Shown: positions 20,402 to 31,312, counted from the stretch's first letter. The stretch is 64,000 nucleotides of DNA from an uncultured Lachnospiraceae bacterium (GCA_964651555.1 CAZYVY010000002.1:27682-91681); one strand, 5' to 3'. The notes: generated by a model from the letters alone, not told the origin. Program-made: numbers and translations.

Positions 20402-20520
20402 GTACATTTTTTCTTGCAACATGGAAAAGATAGTTATATAATGTATCGTGTATTTTTTAGACGAGAATAAGTTACGTCCGGAAAATAGGCAAATTTATAG
20501 AGAATGTGAAGGTGCACAAC

Positions 20521-21711
20521 ATGGAAAGAAAAGTTGGAACTGTATCAAGAGGAATTCGTTGTCCGATTATCCGCGAAGGTGATAATCTTGTTGACATTAC
20601 CGTTAACAGTGTTATCGAAGCGGCAGAAAGCGAAGGTTACTCATTTCGTGACCGTGACGTCGTAGCTCTTACAGAATCTATCGTAGCACGTTCTCAGGGT
20701 AATTACGTATCCGTACAGAACATTGCAGATGATGTAAAGGCTAAATTAGGCGGCGGTACCATCGGTATTATTTTCCCGATTCTGTCACGTAACCGTTTTG
20801 CAATCTGCTTAAAGGGTATGGCAATGGGTGCAAAAAAAGTAGTTCTCATGTTAAGCTATCCCAGCGATGAAGTGGGCAATGCCATTTTAACATACGATCA
20901 ATTAGATGAAGCGGGCATCAATCCTTATAGTGATGTTCTGACATTGGAAAGATATCGTGAACTCTTCGGAGAAAACAAGCATGAATTTACCGGTGTAGAC
21001 TATGTACAGTACTATTCAGATATTATTACAGAAGCAGGGGCAGAAGTTGAAATTGTTTTCGCAAATCAGGCAAAAACCATTCTAAACTATACTGACTGTG
21101 TAATCAATTGTGACATTCATACAAGAGTAAGAACCAAACGCCTCTTAAAAGAAGCAGGTGCCAAAGTTGTTTGCGGTATGGACGACATTATGACTTCTTC
21201 CATCAACGGTAGCGGATATAATGCAAAATATGGCTTGTTAGGATCAAACAAATCTACAGAAGATACCATCAAGCTATTCCCCAGAGATTGTCAGGACTTA
21301 GTAGAGGATATTCAGACACAGCTCCTTGAAAAGACCGGCAAACATGTCGAAGTTATGGTTTACGGCGATGGTGCATTCAAAGACCCTCAGGGTAAAATCT
21401 GGGAGCTTGCAGACCCCGTTGTATCTCCCGCTTTCACAAGCGGCTTGGTTGGTACCCCCAATGAATTGAAGTTAAAATATCTTGCAGATAATGACTTTAA
21501 GAACTTAAGCGGTGCTGAATTAAAAGAAGCAATTGCCAACAGCATTAAGCAGAAGGATGCAAACCTTGTCGGTAACATGGCATCTCAGGGTACAACACCC
21601 AGACAGTTAACAGACCTTATCGGTTCCCTTTGTGACCTTACAAGCGGTTCCGGTGATAAGGGTACACCTATCATCCATATCCAAGGTTACTTCGATAACT
21701 TTACAGATTAA
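20521..21711 (+). CDS. Coenzyme F420-0:L-glutamate ligase (CofE)-family gamma-glutamyl ligase
   Basis: PIIREGD, TESIVARSQGN, DL.SGSGDKGTP...IQGYF. Confidence 0.75.
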   Translation: MERKVGTVSRGIRCPIIREGDNLVDITVNSVIEAAESEGYSFRDRDVVALTESIVARSQGNYVSVQNIADDVKAKLGGGTIGIIFPILSRNRFAICLKGMAMGAKKVVLMLSYPSDEVGNAILTYDQLDEAGINPYSDVLTLERYRELFGENKHEFTGVDYVQYYSDIITEAGAEVEIVFANQAKTILNYTDCVINCDIHTRVRTKRLLKEAGAKVVCGMDDIMTSSINGSGYNAKYGLLGSNKSTEDTIKLFPRDCQDLVEDIQTQLLEKTGKHVEVMVYGDGAFKDPQGKIWELADPVVSPAFTSGLVGTPNELKLKYLADNDFKNLSGAELKEAIANSIKQKDANLVGNMASQGTTPRQLTDLIGSLCDLTSGSGDKGTPIIHIQGYFDNFTD

Positions 21712-21726
21712 TCAAATTAAAATACA

Positions 21727-21759
21727 AATCCGCAGGTTTTAATAACCTGCGGATTTTTT
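21727..21759. terminator. Bidirectional terminator
   Basis: AAATCCGCAGGTT/AACCTGCGGATTT stem between convergent genes. Confidence 0.8.
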
Positions 21760-21797
21760 ACACTCAATAATTATATACAATTTCTTTTATGTGCACT

Positions 21798-23246
21798 TTA
21801 CATTTTCTTTATTGCTTCTTCCTTTGTCCAAACCGTATCCTTAATACCGATATTGTCCTCACAGAATACAGGATTCTTACCCTCTTTCTTCTGGGTTTCA
21901 TAATCTTTTAAAGTTTTAAACAATGTCTTACGCAATAAGAAAATTGCAATAATATTTACAATTGCCATAAGGCCCATGGTAATGTCTGCTATGTTCCAAG
22001 CTAGATCAAAGTCCGCCAATGCTCCCAGGAAAATTGCCACCAGACAGGTTACCCTGAATAAGTTAAGCAATATCTTGTTATCTTTAATAAACAGAATATT
22101 GGACTCTGCATAGAAATAATTACCAATTAAACTACTGAACGCAAATGCAAAGATAGACACGGTAATAAAATGTATACCCCACTCTCCTACATTAGCACGA
22201 ATTGCAGCCTGTACAAAGGGAATACCGTCAAGTACATCACTCTGTCCTTCCACACCGGAACAGAATAATAACATAGCCGTGCTGGTACATATTAAAAGTG
22301 TATCAATAAAAACAGAGATAACCTGTACAAGACCCTGTTGTACGGGATGTGATACATCGGCAGATGCGGAAGCATTAGGGGCACTACCCATACCCGCTTC
22401 ATTGGAGAACAGACCTCTCTTAATACCGATTACAATGGCACTTCCCGCAAAACCACCTACCATTGCCTTAACATTAAAAGCACTCTCAACTATCATCGCA
22501 ATAATGCCCGGCAACTCCTTGATGTTAATAATAGTAACCACAATACTCATTAAAATATAAATCGTTGCCATAACAGGAACCATTACGGAAGATACAAATC
22601 CGATTCGATGAGCACCGCCCCAAATAATCCATGCAGTAAGTCCTGCCAATACAAGTCCCAGAACAACAGATACAATCATCGGAATATTGGTTCCTGCATA
22701 GTCCTGGAAATAATACTGCAATGCTGATGACATATTATAAGACTGTAAGCCGTTAAATCCATATGCAAAACAGATGATTAAAAGAATGGAGAACAAAACG
22801 CCCATCCAACGTTTTCCCAAAGCCTTCTCCATATAGTAAGAAGGACCGCCTCGGAAGGAACCGTCTTTATCCTTTATCTTGTAAATCTGAGCCAAAGTAC
22901 TTTCTGCAAAAGCAGATGCACCACCGATAATCGCCATGAGCCACATCCAAAATACCGCTCCCGGACCACCTGTAGCAATTGCTGTAGCAATTCCTGCAAT
23001 ATTGCCGGTACCCACACGGGATGCCGTCGAAATCATTAGTGCCTGGAATGAAGAAACTTTTTTCTTACCATCCTCTCCTACCGTGCTTTTTTCAAGCATT
23101 GCCTTAAGCCCGTCTTTTAGCAGACGAAACTGCACAAAACGGGTTCCGATTGTGTAAAAGAGACCGATGCCCACCAACAGTATAATCAATATGTAGGTGT
23201 ACATGAAATCATTTACAGAACCTAAAATGTCGTTGATAAAATCCAT
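21798..23246 (-). CDS. Alanine/glycine:cation symporter (AGCS family)
   Basis: RVGTGNIAG, GGPGAVFWMW, GIKRGLFSNEAGMGSAP. Confidence 0.92.
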   Translation of the reverse strand: MDFINDILGSVNDFMYTYILIILLVGIGLFYTIGTRFVQFRLLKDGLKAMLEKSTVGEDGKKKVSSFQALMISTASRVGTGNIAGIATAIATGGPGAVFWMWLMAIIGGASAFAESTLAQIYKIKDKDGSFRGGPSYYMEKALGKRWMGVLFSILLIICFAYGFNGLQSYNMSSALQYYFQDYAGTNIPMIVSVVLGLVLAGLTAWIIWGGAHRIGFVSSVMVPVMATIYILMSIVVTIINIKELPGIIAMIVESAFNVKAMVGGFAGSAIVIGIKRGLFSNEAGMGSAPNASASADVSHPVQQGLVQVISVFIDTLLICTSTAMLLFCSGVEGQSDVLDGIPFVQAAIRANVGEWGIHFITVSIFAFAFSSLIGNYFYAESNILFIKDNKILLNLFRVTCLVAIFLGALADFDLAWNIADITMGLMAIVNIIAIFLLRKTLFKTLKDYETQKKEGKNPVFCEDNIGIKDTVWTKEEAIKKM

Positions 23247-23266
23247 TTGTAACCTTTTCCTTCTCT

Positions 23267-24262
23267 TTATTTCACATTTTCTTTATCTTTGAACCTCTCC
23301 GAAAATTCAATCTTCAAAGTGACAAATTCTTCTATTTTGCGCATTAAATTAAACAGCATTGCCCTGTCTTCAAATTCTTTACGTTCTGCCGGCAATGGTC
23401 TGGACTTCATTTCCAAATCCATTTCCTTGAATTTTTCCATAGTCAGCTTACCGTCATTGTCCTTATGATAAGTATCTGACATATATTTCAGAAAATCAGA
23501 AATCAAATGCGCAGTGCTTGGTGTCGTATCAATATGACGTACAATCTTATACATTTCATGGATTACCATACACTGCTTATCACGCATACGTATGTATTCT
23601 ATATCATATATATCCGTAGTGCGGAACTGATTATTATAATTGCGGTCCGCAACATTCTTGGCATTACGAATTGACTTACGTAACTGATGTAAAAGTTCAC
23701 CGTTATAGTCTGAATTTTCAGCATCCAGAATATGTTCAGCCATTCCGGCAAGAATGCTTTTCATTTCAGCATCGGTTTCAGCTTTCAACTGTTCAATATA
23801 ACCGACATCCTTACGCAGATGCAGGTTGGCAATCACTCCAATTCCTACGCCAATAGTAAAAATAAGCACTTCATTCATCACATGCTCAATACTCATATCT
23901 CCTAAAATAAGGAAATGGGACACAATAACCGAGCAGATGGTTAATGCATAGCTCCATTTACACAACTGGCAAACCGGAATAAACACAATCAGAAATAACG
24001 CAAACGCCTTAATGTTGTATCCAAAAAGAGAATAACTTCCAAACGCAATAAACAAAGCCACCGCAAACGCCAAAAATCTAATTCCCGCAGTTTTTAATGT
24101 CTCTTTCTTGGTGGGCATAATTGTTAACAAAGAAATAACCCCGGCTGAAGCTACAAATTCCAATTCCAACAGCTCAGCTATGCCAATGGACAGCAATGCC
24201 GCACATATTAATTTTATACAAGTAAACAATGTATCAACCCACGGTTTTCTCATTCTTTTCAT
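23267..24262 (-). CDS. Aromatic acid exporter / FUSC-like membrane protein
   Basis: N-terminal TM block (SAGVISLL...T...T) and helical C-terminus ending P..R.EFE.RA.LF. Confidence 0.75.
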   Translation of the reverse strand: MKRMRKPWVDTLFTCIKLICAALLSIGIAELLELEFVASAGVISLLTIMPTKKETLKTAGIRFLAFAVALFIAFGSYSLFGYNIKAFALFLIVFIPVCQLCKWSYALTICSVIVSHFLILGDMSIEHVMNEVLIFTIGVGIGVIANLHLRKDVGYIEQLKAETDAEMKSILAGMAEHILDAENSDYNGELLHQLRKSIRNAKNVADRNYNNQFRTTDIYDIEYIRMRDKQCMVIHEMYKIVRHIDTTPSTAHLISDFLKYMSDTYHKDNDGKLTMEKFKEMDLEMKSRPLPAERKEFEDRAMLFNLMRKIEEFVTLKIEFSERFKDKENVK

Positions 24263-24354
24263 CCATATCCATATCCTGTAATTACATTATCGACAACTGG
24301 AATGATTATAACATAAGTTCTTCCGTTTGACGAGAAATATCCAATCGAATGCCA

Positions 24355-25044
24355 TTATTTTCTTCTTCGTTGTCCAAATAAAAGGATAAGACGCAACACC
24401 TGAAGTGCAGTGGCAACTACACCTGCCACATAAGTCAATGCTGCCGCATTCAACACCCTTTTTGCTCCGGTTATCTCCTCCCCCTGCAGAATCCCTTTTT
24501 CTCTAATGATGGTAATTGCCCTACCGGATGCATTAAATTCTACCGGAAGGGTAATTATCTGGAATAATAAAACCAGTGAAAATAAGGCCACTCCAAAGTT
24601 GACCAAATTAGTCATTCCCAAGATGATCCCAATTAAAATAAGGGGCCACGATAATTTTGCACCAAAATTGGCTACCGGCACTATGGCATTACGGATTTGT
24701 ATCAGAAGATAACCTTGATAATGCTGTATAACATGGCCACACTCATGTGCAGCTACACCGATTGCTGCAACAGAGGTAGAATCATATACGGAATCTGACA
24801 GGCGTATCACTTTATTTGCCGGATCATAATGGTCAGTCAAATCCCCGGGAACTCTCTCAATTTTTACCTCATGGATTCTCGCACCCCTTAATATACGTTC
24901 TGCCGCTTCGCTGGCAGATATTCCCCTTACGTTATGACTTTTACTGTATTTTTTATAAGTATTGCTTACATTAACCGATGCAACCAAAGAAATTATCATT
25001 CCTACAATAATCAGCCACCATGTAGGATCATAAAAAAAGAACAT
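24355..25044 (-). CDS. Neutral zinc metallopeptidase (YugP-like)
   Basis: LTDHYDP, AAHECGH, TLPVEFNAS.RA, AAALTYVA. Confidence 0.9.
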   Translation of the reverse strand: MFFFYDPTWWLIIVGMIISLVASVNVSNTYKKYSKSHNVRGISASEAAERILRGARIHEVKIERVPGDLTDHYDPANKVIRLSDSVYDSTSVAAIGVAAHECGHVIQHYQGYLLIQIRNAIVPVANFGAKLSWPLILIGIILGMTNLVNFGVALFSLVLLFQIITLPVEFNASGRAITIIREKGILQGEEITGAKRVLNAAALTYVAGVVATALQVLRLILLFGQRRRK

Positions 25045-25267
25045 AAAATCCCCTCCAAAACATTGATTACTTTTAGAATGCCCCGAATGAAATTCTTTTA
25101 CTATTCATTAATTATGTAAATTTTGGATTTCTTCCGTAAATTCTTTGAAGATGCAATTGGAGGGTCCAAGAAATATAATGCGCCTATCTATTGCGGTAAA
25201 TACGAATTATGTAAAAAAAACACCGCTAAGTCACTATCTTAACGGTGTTCTTTCCATACACAATTCA

Positions 25268-26917
25268 TTATGTTTCTGCAACCATTATTACTTTTTCTTC
25301 GTACTCATTTTCCGGTAAAGGCCTGGAGTATAAATATCCCTGAATGCAGTCACAACCGATGCTTTGCAAGAAATCGGCCTGTTCCAAATGCTCTACTCCC
25401 TCTGCAATGACCGGCATGCCAAGCCCCTCAGCCATACGGATAATAAAACTCAAAATTGTCCTGCCCTTTTCACTGTCACTTTCCTGCGACATAAAAAGCA
25501 TATCCAATTTTATCATATCAAGTTCAATATCTTTTAATACATTCAAGGAAGAATAGCCACTTCCGAAATCATCCATTTCTACAATATAACCGCAATTATG
25601 CAGCTTACGTATAATCTCATTGGTATACTTAGGATTATCCACTGCGGCAGATTCCGTAATTTCAATGCGGAGATACTCAACCGGAACATCATATTTCATC
25701 CGAATCTCTTCCAGCTTTTCCACGAAATCCGGCATATATATATCATGCTTTGAAAAATTGCTGGAAATCGGTACAACAGGATATCCCTTATCCAAACTCT
25801 TTCTGAGAAACGTGCAGACTTCTTCAAATACATATAAATCAAGTTTGGTGATAAATCCGTTCTTTTCAAATATCGGAATAAAAATTCCGGGAGAAATCAA
25901 ACCACGTTCCGGATGTTTCCATCGAACCAAAGCTTCCGCCCCAACCAATTGACCGGTTGAATGACTGTACTGTGGCTGATAATATACCACAAAATGTCTT
26001 TCCTCTAATGCAGGACCCATCATTCCAACGATTTCAAGTTCACCCAACATCTTGTTCCGCAAATCTTCCGTATAGTAATTAAACTTCTTTGTGTAACTTC
26101 CCTTAATCATTGACTGCGCCAGAATAGCACGGTCCAACATGGCATCTACATGCAGTTCCTCCGGCCCCGTCACATAAATACCGATATTGCAGGCAATTTC
26201 AAAGGGTAACTGATAATGGGATAACTCATCCAAAAAACTTTCAAGCATAGTTTCCAGTTCTTTACCGGAAGTATGGGTAAACAAAATAAAACGATCCGCA
26301 TCAGTCCTGCAGGCCACATCGCCTTCTTTTAAAACTTCTTTTGTCCGATCCGCAATATAGGTCAAAACCCTGTCGCCCACTGTGGAGCCAAAAATATCAT
26401 TAATCGCTTTAAAACGGATGACGTTTAAATGCATCATTGCATATTCGCCTGCTGCCATCCCTTCCTTATCTTGCTCCATAATATTTTTTACCGCACCATA
26501 AAAGGCCTTACGGGTCAGCAAACCTGTAAGTTCATCGTGCTGCAACGTATGAAAACCCTTATCTTCTTCCCTGACTTCATCTTCAATATCGGTAAAAGAT
26601 ATATAAATAAAGTTTCCCGGGAAAGGACACATGAAACAAATACGATATTGTCTGTCCTCTGCCGTTGCATCACACAGACATCTTTGTGCATAAGAAACCT
26701 GTGGTGCTTTATCGCGGGCAATTTTCAGAATACTTTCCTTTAATTCCACCGCCTTATGTGTAGTCATGACTCCATCCGCTTCAAAAATTTCCCAAACCGG
26801 TCTACTGTCAAAGGATGCACCAAACTGTGCATCAGCAGAAACCGGATATGTAAAAGAGTCATTTACACAGTCATACGTAATCAATACGCTTTCCCTATTG
26901 ATATGATTGTAATCCAT
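25268..26917 (-). CDS. Degenerate-GGDEF/EAL protein, likely c-di-GMP phosphodiesterase
   Basis: GGDEF replaced by DADRF; intact EAL, EITE, DDFGSGYSS, IKLD, AEGVE, QGY. Confidence 0.88.
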   Translation of the reverse strand: MDYNHINRESVLITYDCVNDSFTYPVSADAQFGASFDSRPVWEIFEADGVMTTHKAVELKESILKIARDKAPQVSYAQRCLCDATAEDRQYRICFMCPFPGNFIYISFTDIEDEVREEDKGFHTLQHDELTGLLTRKAFYGAVKNIMEQDKEGMAAGEYAMMHLNVIRFKAINDIFGSTVGDRVLTYIADRTKEVLKEGDVACRTDADRFILFTHTSGKELETMLESFLDELSHYQLPFEIACNIGIYVTGPEELHVDAMLDRAILAQSMIKGSYTKKFNYYTEDLRNKMLGELEIVGMMGPALEERHFVVYYQPQYSHSTGQLVGAEALVRWKHPERGLISPGIFIPIFEKNGFITKLDLYVFEEVCTFLRKSLDKGYPVVPISSNFSKHDIYMPDFVEKLEEIRMKYDVPVEYLRIEITESAAVDNPKYTNEIIRKLHNCGYIVEMDDFGSGYSSLNVLKDIELDMIKLDMLFMSQESDSEKGRTILSFIIRMAEGLGMPVIAEGVEHLEQADFLQSIGCDCIQGYLYSRPLPENEYEEKVIMVAET

Positions 26918-27167
26918 TATAAGACAACCTCCCCATATGGTTGCTAACAGAATGTAAACTCTTACATTTCATAATTTCCACGATTATAGCACATTTATCA
27001 CCATATGTCATGCGATTTTATAAAAACGGACAAAACACGCCCCCAAAAAACATCTTTTTACAAAAAAGTTTTCATTTGTTGTAATTGTGATTTTAGTGTG
27101 ATAATATAGGAATAACGTGATTTCTACATAAAAGAACAAGAAAACATTTGAAAGGACACATGAAATT

Positions 27168-28553
27168 ATGAGTAACAAAGAAAAGAAAACCGGTGGTTGG
27201 CGCACCAACAAGTGGATTCGTGCGGCAATTCCCGCATTATTGCTTCACTGCAGTATCGGTACTGTTTACTGTTGGTCCATTTTTAGCCAGGAAATTGCTG
27301 ATCATATCGGCTTTACCAAAGGTGCTACCGAATGGGCATTCAGCTTCGCTATCTTCTTCTTAGGTATGTCAGCTGCATTCTTAGGTAACGTTGTTGAAAA
27401 AGACATTCATAAATCTTCCTTAATTGCTACTATCTGCTTCGCAGCAGGTATGGCCGGTACAGGATTCTTCATCTGGTACGGCGGCAATAATCCCGGAAGC
27501 ATTCTTGCTTTGATTGGTATTTATGTATGCTACGGTTTGATTATGGGTATTGGTCTTGGTACCGGCTACCTCTCACCCGTTAAAACTCTTATGCTTTGGT
27601 TCCAGGATCGTAAGGGTCTTGCTACCGGTCTTGCAGTAGCAGGCTTTGGTGCAGCTAAAGCAATCGCAAGCCCCATTATGCAGTGGATGCTTGACGGTCT
27701 TGGCGAAGGCGGTATCTACAAGATGTTCTTCATCCTTGCAGCAGTTTATTTTGTAATGATGTTCGTCGGACACCTTCTTTTGAAGAAACCCGAAGGTTGG
27801 CACGAACCCCAGAAGAAAGAAAAAGGTCAGGGCATCTGGTCTGTTATCAAAACCAGACCTATCACCAACTACATCGGTATCTGGGTAATGTTCTACATCA
27901 ACATCACCTGTGGTCTTGCACTTATTTCTCAGGAAAAGATGATCGTAAAATGTATCGGTCTTGCCGGTATCGTTGGTATTATTTCTACCGTATCTGCAGT
28001 ATTTAATGCAGCAGGTCGTTTAGGTTTATCTGCTTTGGCTGATAAAATGAAAGACCGAAACACTATGTACAAGATTATTTTCATCGCATCTATCGCTCTT
28101 ACAGCAGTTGTTATCCTTACCAAGGGTATCACAAACGGTGCAAGCAGTGTTATTTTAATGATTCTTGTATTATCACTTATTATGATTGTAAACGCAGGCT
28201 ACGGCGGCGGTTTCTCTAACGTACCTACTCTTCTTTCAGACCAGTACGGTATGGGCAGCATCTCCGCACTTCACGGTATTACATTATCTGCTTGGGCATT
28301 TGCAGGTCTTACCGGTAACCAGCTTGCAAACTGGATTGTTAACAAATTCGGTGAATTCATCGACATGGACAAATGGGTAAACGAAGGTGTGAAAGTTGTA
28401 GTTGACCCTGCAAACCTTGCCGCAGGTCAGACAGCAATTAACCCCACAGGTTACCAGACTGTATTATATGTAACCATTGCCCTTTACATTATCGCATTAC
28501 TGATGAGTTTCTTCTTTGTAAGAAAGCCCAATAAGGATGCTAAGGCAGAATAA
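27168..28553 (+). CDS. OFA-family MFS transporter
   Basis: G..Y.WS.F, WF.DRKGLATG.AVAGFG, FN..GR...LAD. Confidence 0.85.
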   Translation: MSNKEKKTGGWRTNKWIRAAIPALLLHCSIGTVYCWSIFSQEIADHIGFTKGATEWAFSFAIFFLGMSAAFLGNVVEKDIHKSSLIATICFAAGMAGTGFFIWYGGNNPGSILALIGIYVCYGLIMGIGLGTGYLSPVKTLMLWFQDRKGLATGLAVAGFGAAKAIASPIMQWMLDGLGEGGIYKMFFILAAVYFVMMFVGHLLLKKPEGWHEPQKKEKGQGIWSVIKTRPITNYIGIWVMFYINITCGLALISQEKMIVKCIGLAGIVGIISTVSAVFNAAGRLGLSALADKMKDRNTMYKIIFIASIALTAVVILTKGITNGASSVILMILVLSLIMIVNAGYGGGFSNVPTLLSDQYGMGSISALHGITLSAWAFAGLTGNQLANWIVNKFGEFIDMDKWVNEGVKVVVDPANLAAGQTAINPTGYQTVLYVTIALYIIALLMSFFFVRKPNKDAKAE

Positions 28554-28580
28554 TTCAATACATATTATTTTAATAAAAGT

Positions 28581-28613
28581 GCAGGCTCTCACAGATTGTG
28601 GGAGCCTGTTTTT
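28581..28613 (+). terminator. Intrinsic terminator
   Basis: CAGGCTCTCAC/GTGGGAGCCTG stem plus TTTTT. Confidence 0.8.
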
Positions 28614-28627
28614 GTATATTTTTTCCA

Positions 28628-28663
28628 TTGTAGAAACCTTACAATTGTGATATGATAATCACA
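28628..28663 (+). promoter_or_regulatory. Promoter of the type II TA operon with overlapping palindromes
   Basis: TTGTAG-17bp-TATGAT; inverted repeats TTGTA-N7-TACAA (28628-28644) and TGTGAT-N6-ATCACA (28646-28663). Confidence 0.6.
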
Positions 28664-28685
28664 TTAAAATTAAAGGAGGTTTATC

Positions 28686-28841
28686 ATGGAAGCAACTATC
28701 ATGTACTCTTCAGAAGAAATCGCGAAAGCGGAAATTCGTGAATATATTAATGAGGGTCTAAATGATGTATCAAATAACAGACTTTTAGATTTTGATGCCA
28801 CCTTCGATGAATTGGAAGCGAGGTATCATGCCAATGAATGA
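28686..28841 (+). CDS. Putative 51-aa acidic antitoxin (not in the ORF track)
   Basis: AAAGGAGGT RBS; MEATIMYSSEEIAKAEIREYINEGLNDVSNNRLLDFDATFDELEARYHANE; its stop overlaps the toxin start. Confidence 0.75.
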   Translation: MEATIMYSSEEIAKAEIREYINEGLNDVSNNRLLDFDATFDELEARYHANE

Positions 28842-29151
28842 TTATCAAATTTTCCTTACAAAACGAGCCAAGGATGATATTACAAATATTGGTGACTACA
28901 TATCGTTTACTCTACTAGAACCGAACACATCAAAAAATTTCATTAAAGGTCTTAAAAATTCTATTTCAAAACTTAAACACTTTCCTTACAAATTTCCACT
29001 TATTCAAAATGATGTTTTATACGAACAAAATATTCATTGTATGCCTTATAAAAATTATTATGTCTTTTATCAAATTGTGGAAACAAATCAGATTGTTATT
29101 ATTCTTAGAATTGGTTATAAACATAGAAATTGGCAAGAAATTCTTACATAA
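28834..29151 (+). CDS. RelE/ParE-family toxin
   Basis: Y.I.LT.RA.DD..I.DYI, L..FP, Y.VFY.I....V.ILRI; about 105 aa, basic. Confidence 0.85.
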   Translation: MNDYQIFLTKRAKDDITNIGDYISFTLLEPNTSKNFIKGLKNSISKLKHFPYKFPLIQNDVLYEQNIHCMPYKNYYVFYQIVETNQIVIILRIGYKHRNWQEILT

Positions 29152-29258
29152 CCATATTGTCTTTTTACCATCCCTTAGTTGACTGCCTTAACCGCAAATT
29201 TTATAATGAAAACGTATGGATTACATACGATTATTATAAAATATTGGAGGACAAACTT

Positions 29259-30023
29259 ATGGGTCGTTTAGACGGAAAAGTAGCAATTATTACAGGTGGT
29301 AATTCCGGCGTAGGTGCTGCAACTGCAGAGTTATTTGCCAAAGAAGGTGCAAAGGTTGTTATCAGTGCACGTCGTTTACCTCAGTTAGAAGAAGTCGCTG
29401 CTAAGATTACAGAAGCAGGCGGTGAGGTTCTCGCTGTTCCTACCGACGTTTCCAAAGTAGAAGATGTTGAGAATCTGGTAGCTAAAACAGTTGAAAAATT
29501 CGGAAGAATTGATATTCTCGTTAACAACGCAGGCGTTTTAGAAGAAGGCCTGAAACCTATCGAATGCTTCACAGAAGAAGATTTAGAAAAAGTACTCGGC
29601 GTAAACACCAAAGGTTGCTTATACTGCACACGTGCAGCTGTAAAAGAAATGATGAAGAACAATTCCGGTTCCATCATCAACTTAGATTCCGTAGCAGGTC
29701 ATTTTGGTACCGGCGGTGCTGCCTATGTTACCAGTAAGGCTGCTGTTATCGGTTTAACCAAACATACCGCAGTTCGTTTTACGGGTACAGGCATCCGTTG
29801 CAACTCTGTAAATCCCAGTACCATTGTAACACCTATGACAATGAATACAGATCCCGCATCTTTGAATCCTGATATGATGGGCCAGATGAGAAAGCACATG
29901 AACTTAAGCGTACAGCCTTGTATGCCCGCTGACGTTGCTAATATTCTTCTCTTCCTTGCAAGCGATGAATCCAGAGCAATTACAGGACAGGTACTTGTAG
30001 CTGACTTTGGTGCAACGTTATAG
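29259..30023 (+). CDS. Short-chain dehydrogenase/reductase
   Basis: TGGNSGVG, NNAG, YxxxK (YVTSK); GGAGG RBS. Confidence 0.92.
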   Translation: MGRLDGKVAIITGGNSGVGAATAELFAKEGAKVVISARRLPQLEEVAAKITEAGGEVLAVPTDVSKVEDVENLVAKTVEKFGRIDILVNNAGVLEEGLKPIECFTEEDLEKVLGVNTKGCLYCTRAAVKEMMKNNSGSIINLDSVAGHFGTGGAAYVTSKAAVIGLTKHTAVRFTGTGIRCNSVNPSTIVTPMTMNTDPASLNPDMMGQMRKHMNLSVQPCMPADVANILLFLASDESRAITGQVLVADFGATL

Positions 30024-30040
30024 AAGTTAATAAATAAACA

Positions 30041-30071
30041 AGAATGCCGCACATTAAAGGTGTGGCATTCT
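30041..30071. terminator. Terminator hairpin between convergent genes
   Basis: AGAATGCCGCAC/GTGTGGCATTCT stem. Confidence 0.7.
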
Positions 30072-30099
30072 TAATGTAAATATTTGATATGTATGAAGC

Positions 30100-30513
30100 T
30101 TATAACCTTACTGACATCCCTGCAATCTTTACCTGAAAAAAGTTAACCTGGGCCACTCTCATTGTAATATAAAGAACCTTCTCTTCTCCGCTCCCTGTCT
30201 CACGGTAAACAACTTTATACGCACTCTCCGAAGGTACATATTTCACACTTGTCACATCCACCGGTATTTGTTCTTCCAGTTTCTCCAAAATATAGCCATA
30301 GCGATAAATAAATCTATCCTCATTAATATATACAGAAATCTCTGCATCCTTTGCAAACTGTCGTTCCAAATAATCCATATCACCGCTCTCAACGGCCACT
30401 TCCAACCTGCCCGGCAGTTTCTCCCGATAGATATCAGTATAAAATTTTATTGCATATTGAAACAAAACCACGGCTATTATAATTACATCAATAATAATAC
30501 ATATTTTTTTCAA
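30100..30513 (-). CDS. Hypothetical membrane-anchored protein (possible immunity cassette)
   Basis: AGGAG RBS plus TTG start, N-terminal TM; same strand as the toxin/immunity array. Confidence 0.55.
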   Translation of the reverse strand: MKKICIIIDVIIIAVVLFQYAIKFYTDIYREKLPGRLEVAVESGDMDYLERQFAKDAEISVYINEDRFIYRYGYILEKLEEQIPVDVTSVKYVPSESAYKVVYRETGSGEEKVLYITMRVAQVNFFQVKIAGMSVRL

Positions 30514-30549
30514 AGCATCATACTCCTAATCAAAACAAACAACCGACAT

Positions 30550-31245
30550 TTACCATGTCACATAATCTTTTACGATTTCTATGACTTCTCTATTGTCTTC
30601 ACTTAGCAAAAGCCATCGCTGGTCTTCCTGCTTATTATACTCATAATATAAAAGGACCTTGTACTCTTCCAAAGGTAATTCACTAAGTTCCTCCAAATAC
30701 CGTCTCAGATTCTCATCACCGGCCTCATCATAGGCAAGTCCGTTCATATCCGTTGCATATATTATATACTCTCTGTCGGAATACTCTTCATCCCAGACAT
30801 CCATACGCTCCTTATAAAAGCTTTCAGCCGCAGCCGTATTCTCAAACAGCATACTCACACCTACGACTTTACCAATATTTAGCGACTCATGATAACAATA
30901 ATATTTTACATCGGAAACTGCTTCCGGTAGTTCATCAGCAAAGCCACAAGCCATCCCCGGTTTGGTGCTCACAAAGTACTCGTAGGAAGGGAAATTTGTT
31001 TGCTTTCCAAAACTAAACTGCGACACACAATATCCCACAATTGGAACAATCATTGCCACAATTAAGAAAACACCTGTCCCTTTGTGAAATTTTCTATAAA
31101 AGGATTCCTTTTCCGCTTTTTTACGTAAAATAAGCCAAAAGATGAACCATATCAGGAATAACGGAATAATAAAAATAGGAATCAAAAAAAGATTCTCAAA
31201 AATGTCTCTAATTCTAAGTAAATACAAAGAATCACCTTCTTTCAT
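30550..31245 (-). CDS. Hypothetical 2-TM protein with acidic outer domain (possible immunity cassette)
   Basis: Same 2-TM plus soluble-domain architecture as the 32336 and 32924 genes. Confidence 0.6.
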   Translation of the reverse strand: MKEGDSLYLLRIRDIFENLFLIPIFIIPLFLIWFIFWLILRKKAEKESFYRKFHKGTGVFLIVAMIVPIVGYCVSQFSFGKQTNFPSYEYFVSTKPGMACGFADELPEAVSDVKYYCYHESLNIGKVVGVSMLFENTAAAESFYKERMDVWDEEYSDREYIIYATDMNGLAYDEAGDENLRRYLEELSELPLEEYKVLLYYEYNKQEDQRWLLLSEDNREVIEIVKDYVTW

Positions 31246-31312
31246 TTAACACAGCTTAATAAAAGAACTTTCAGTATCCATAATTTTCATAAAAAATTCG
31301 CAATTTAGTGCA

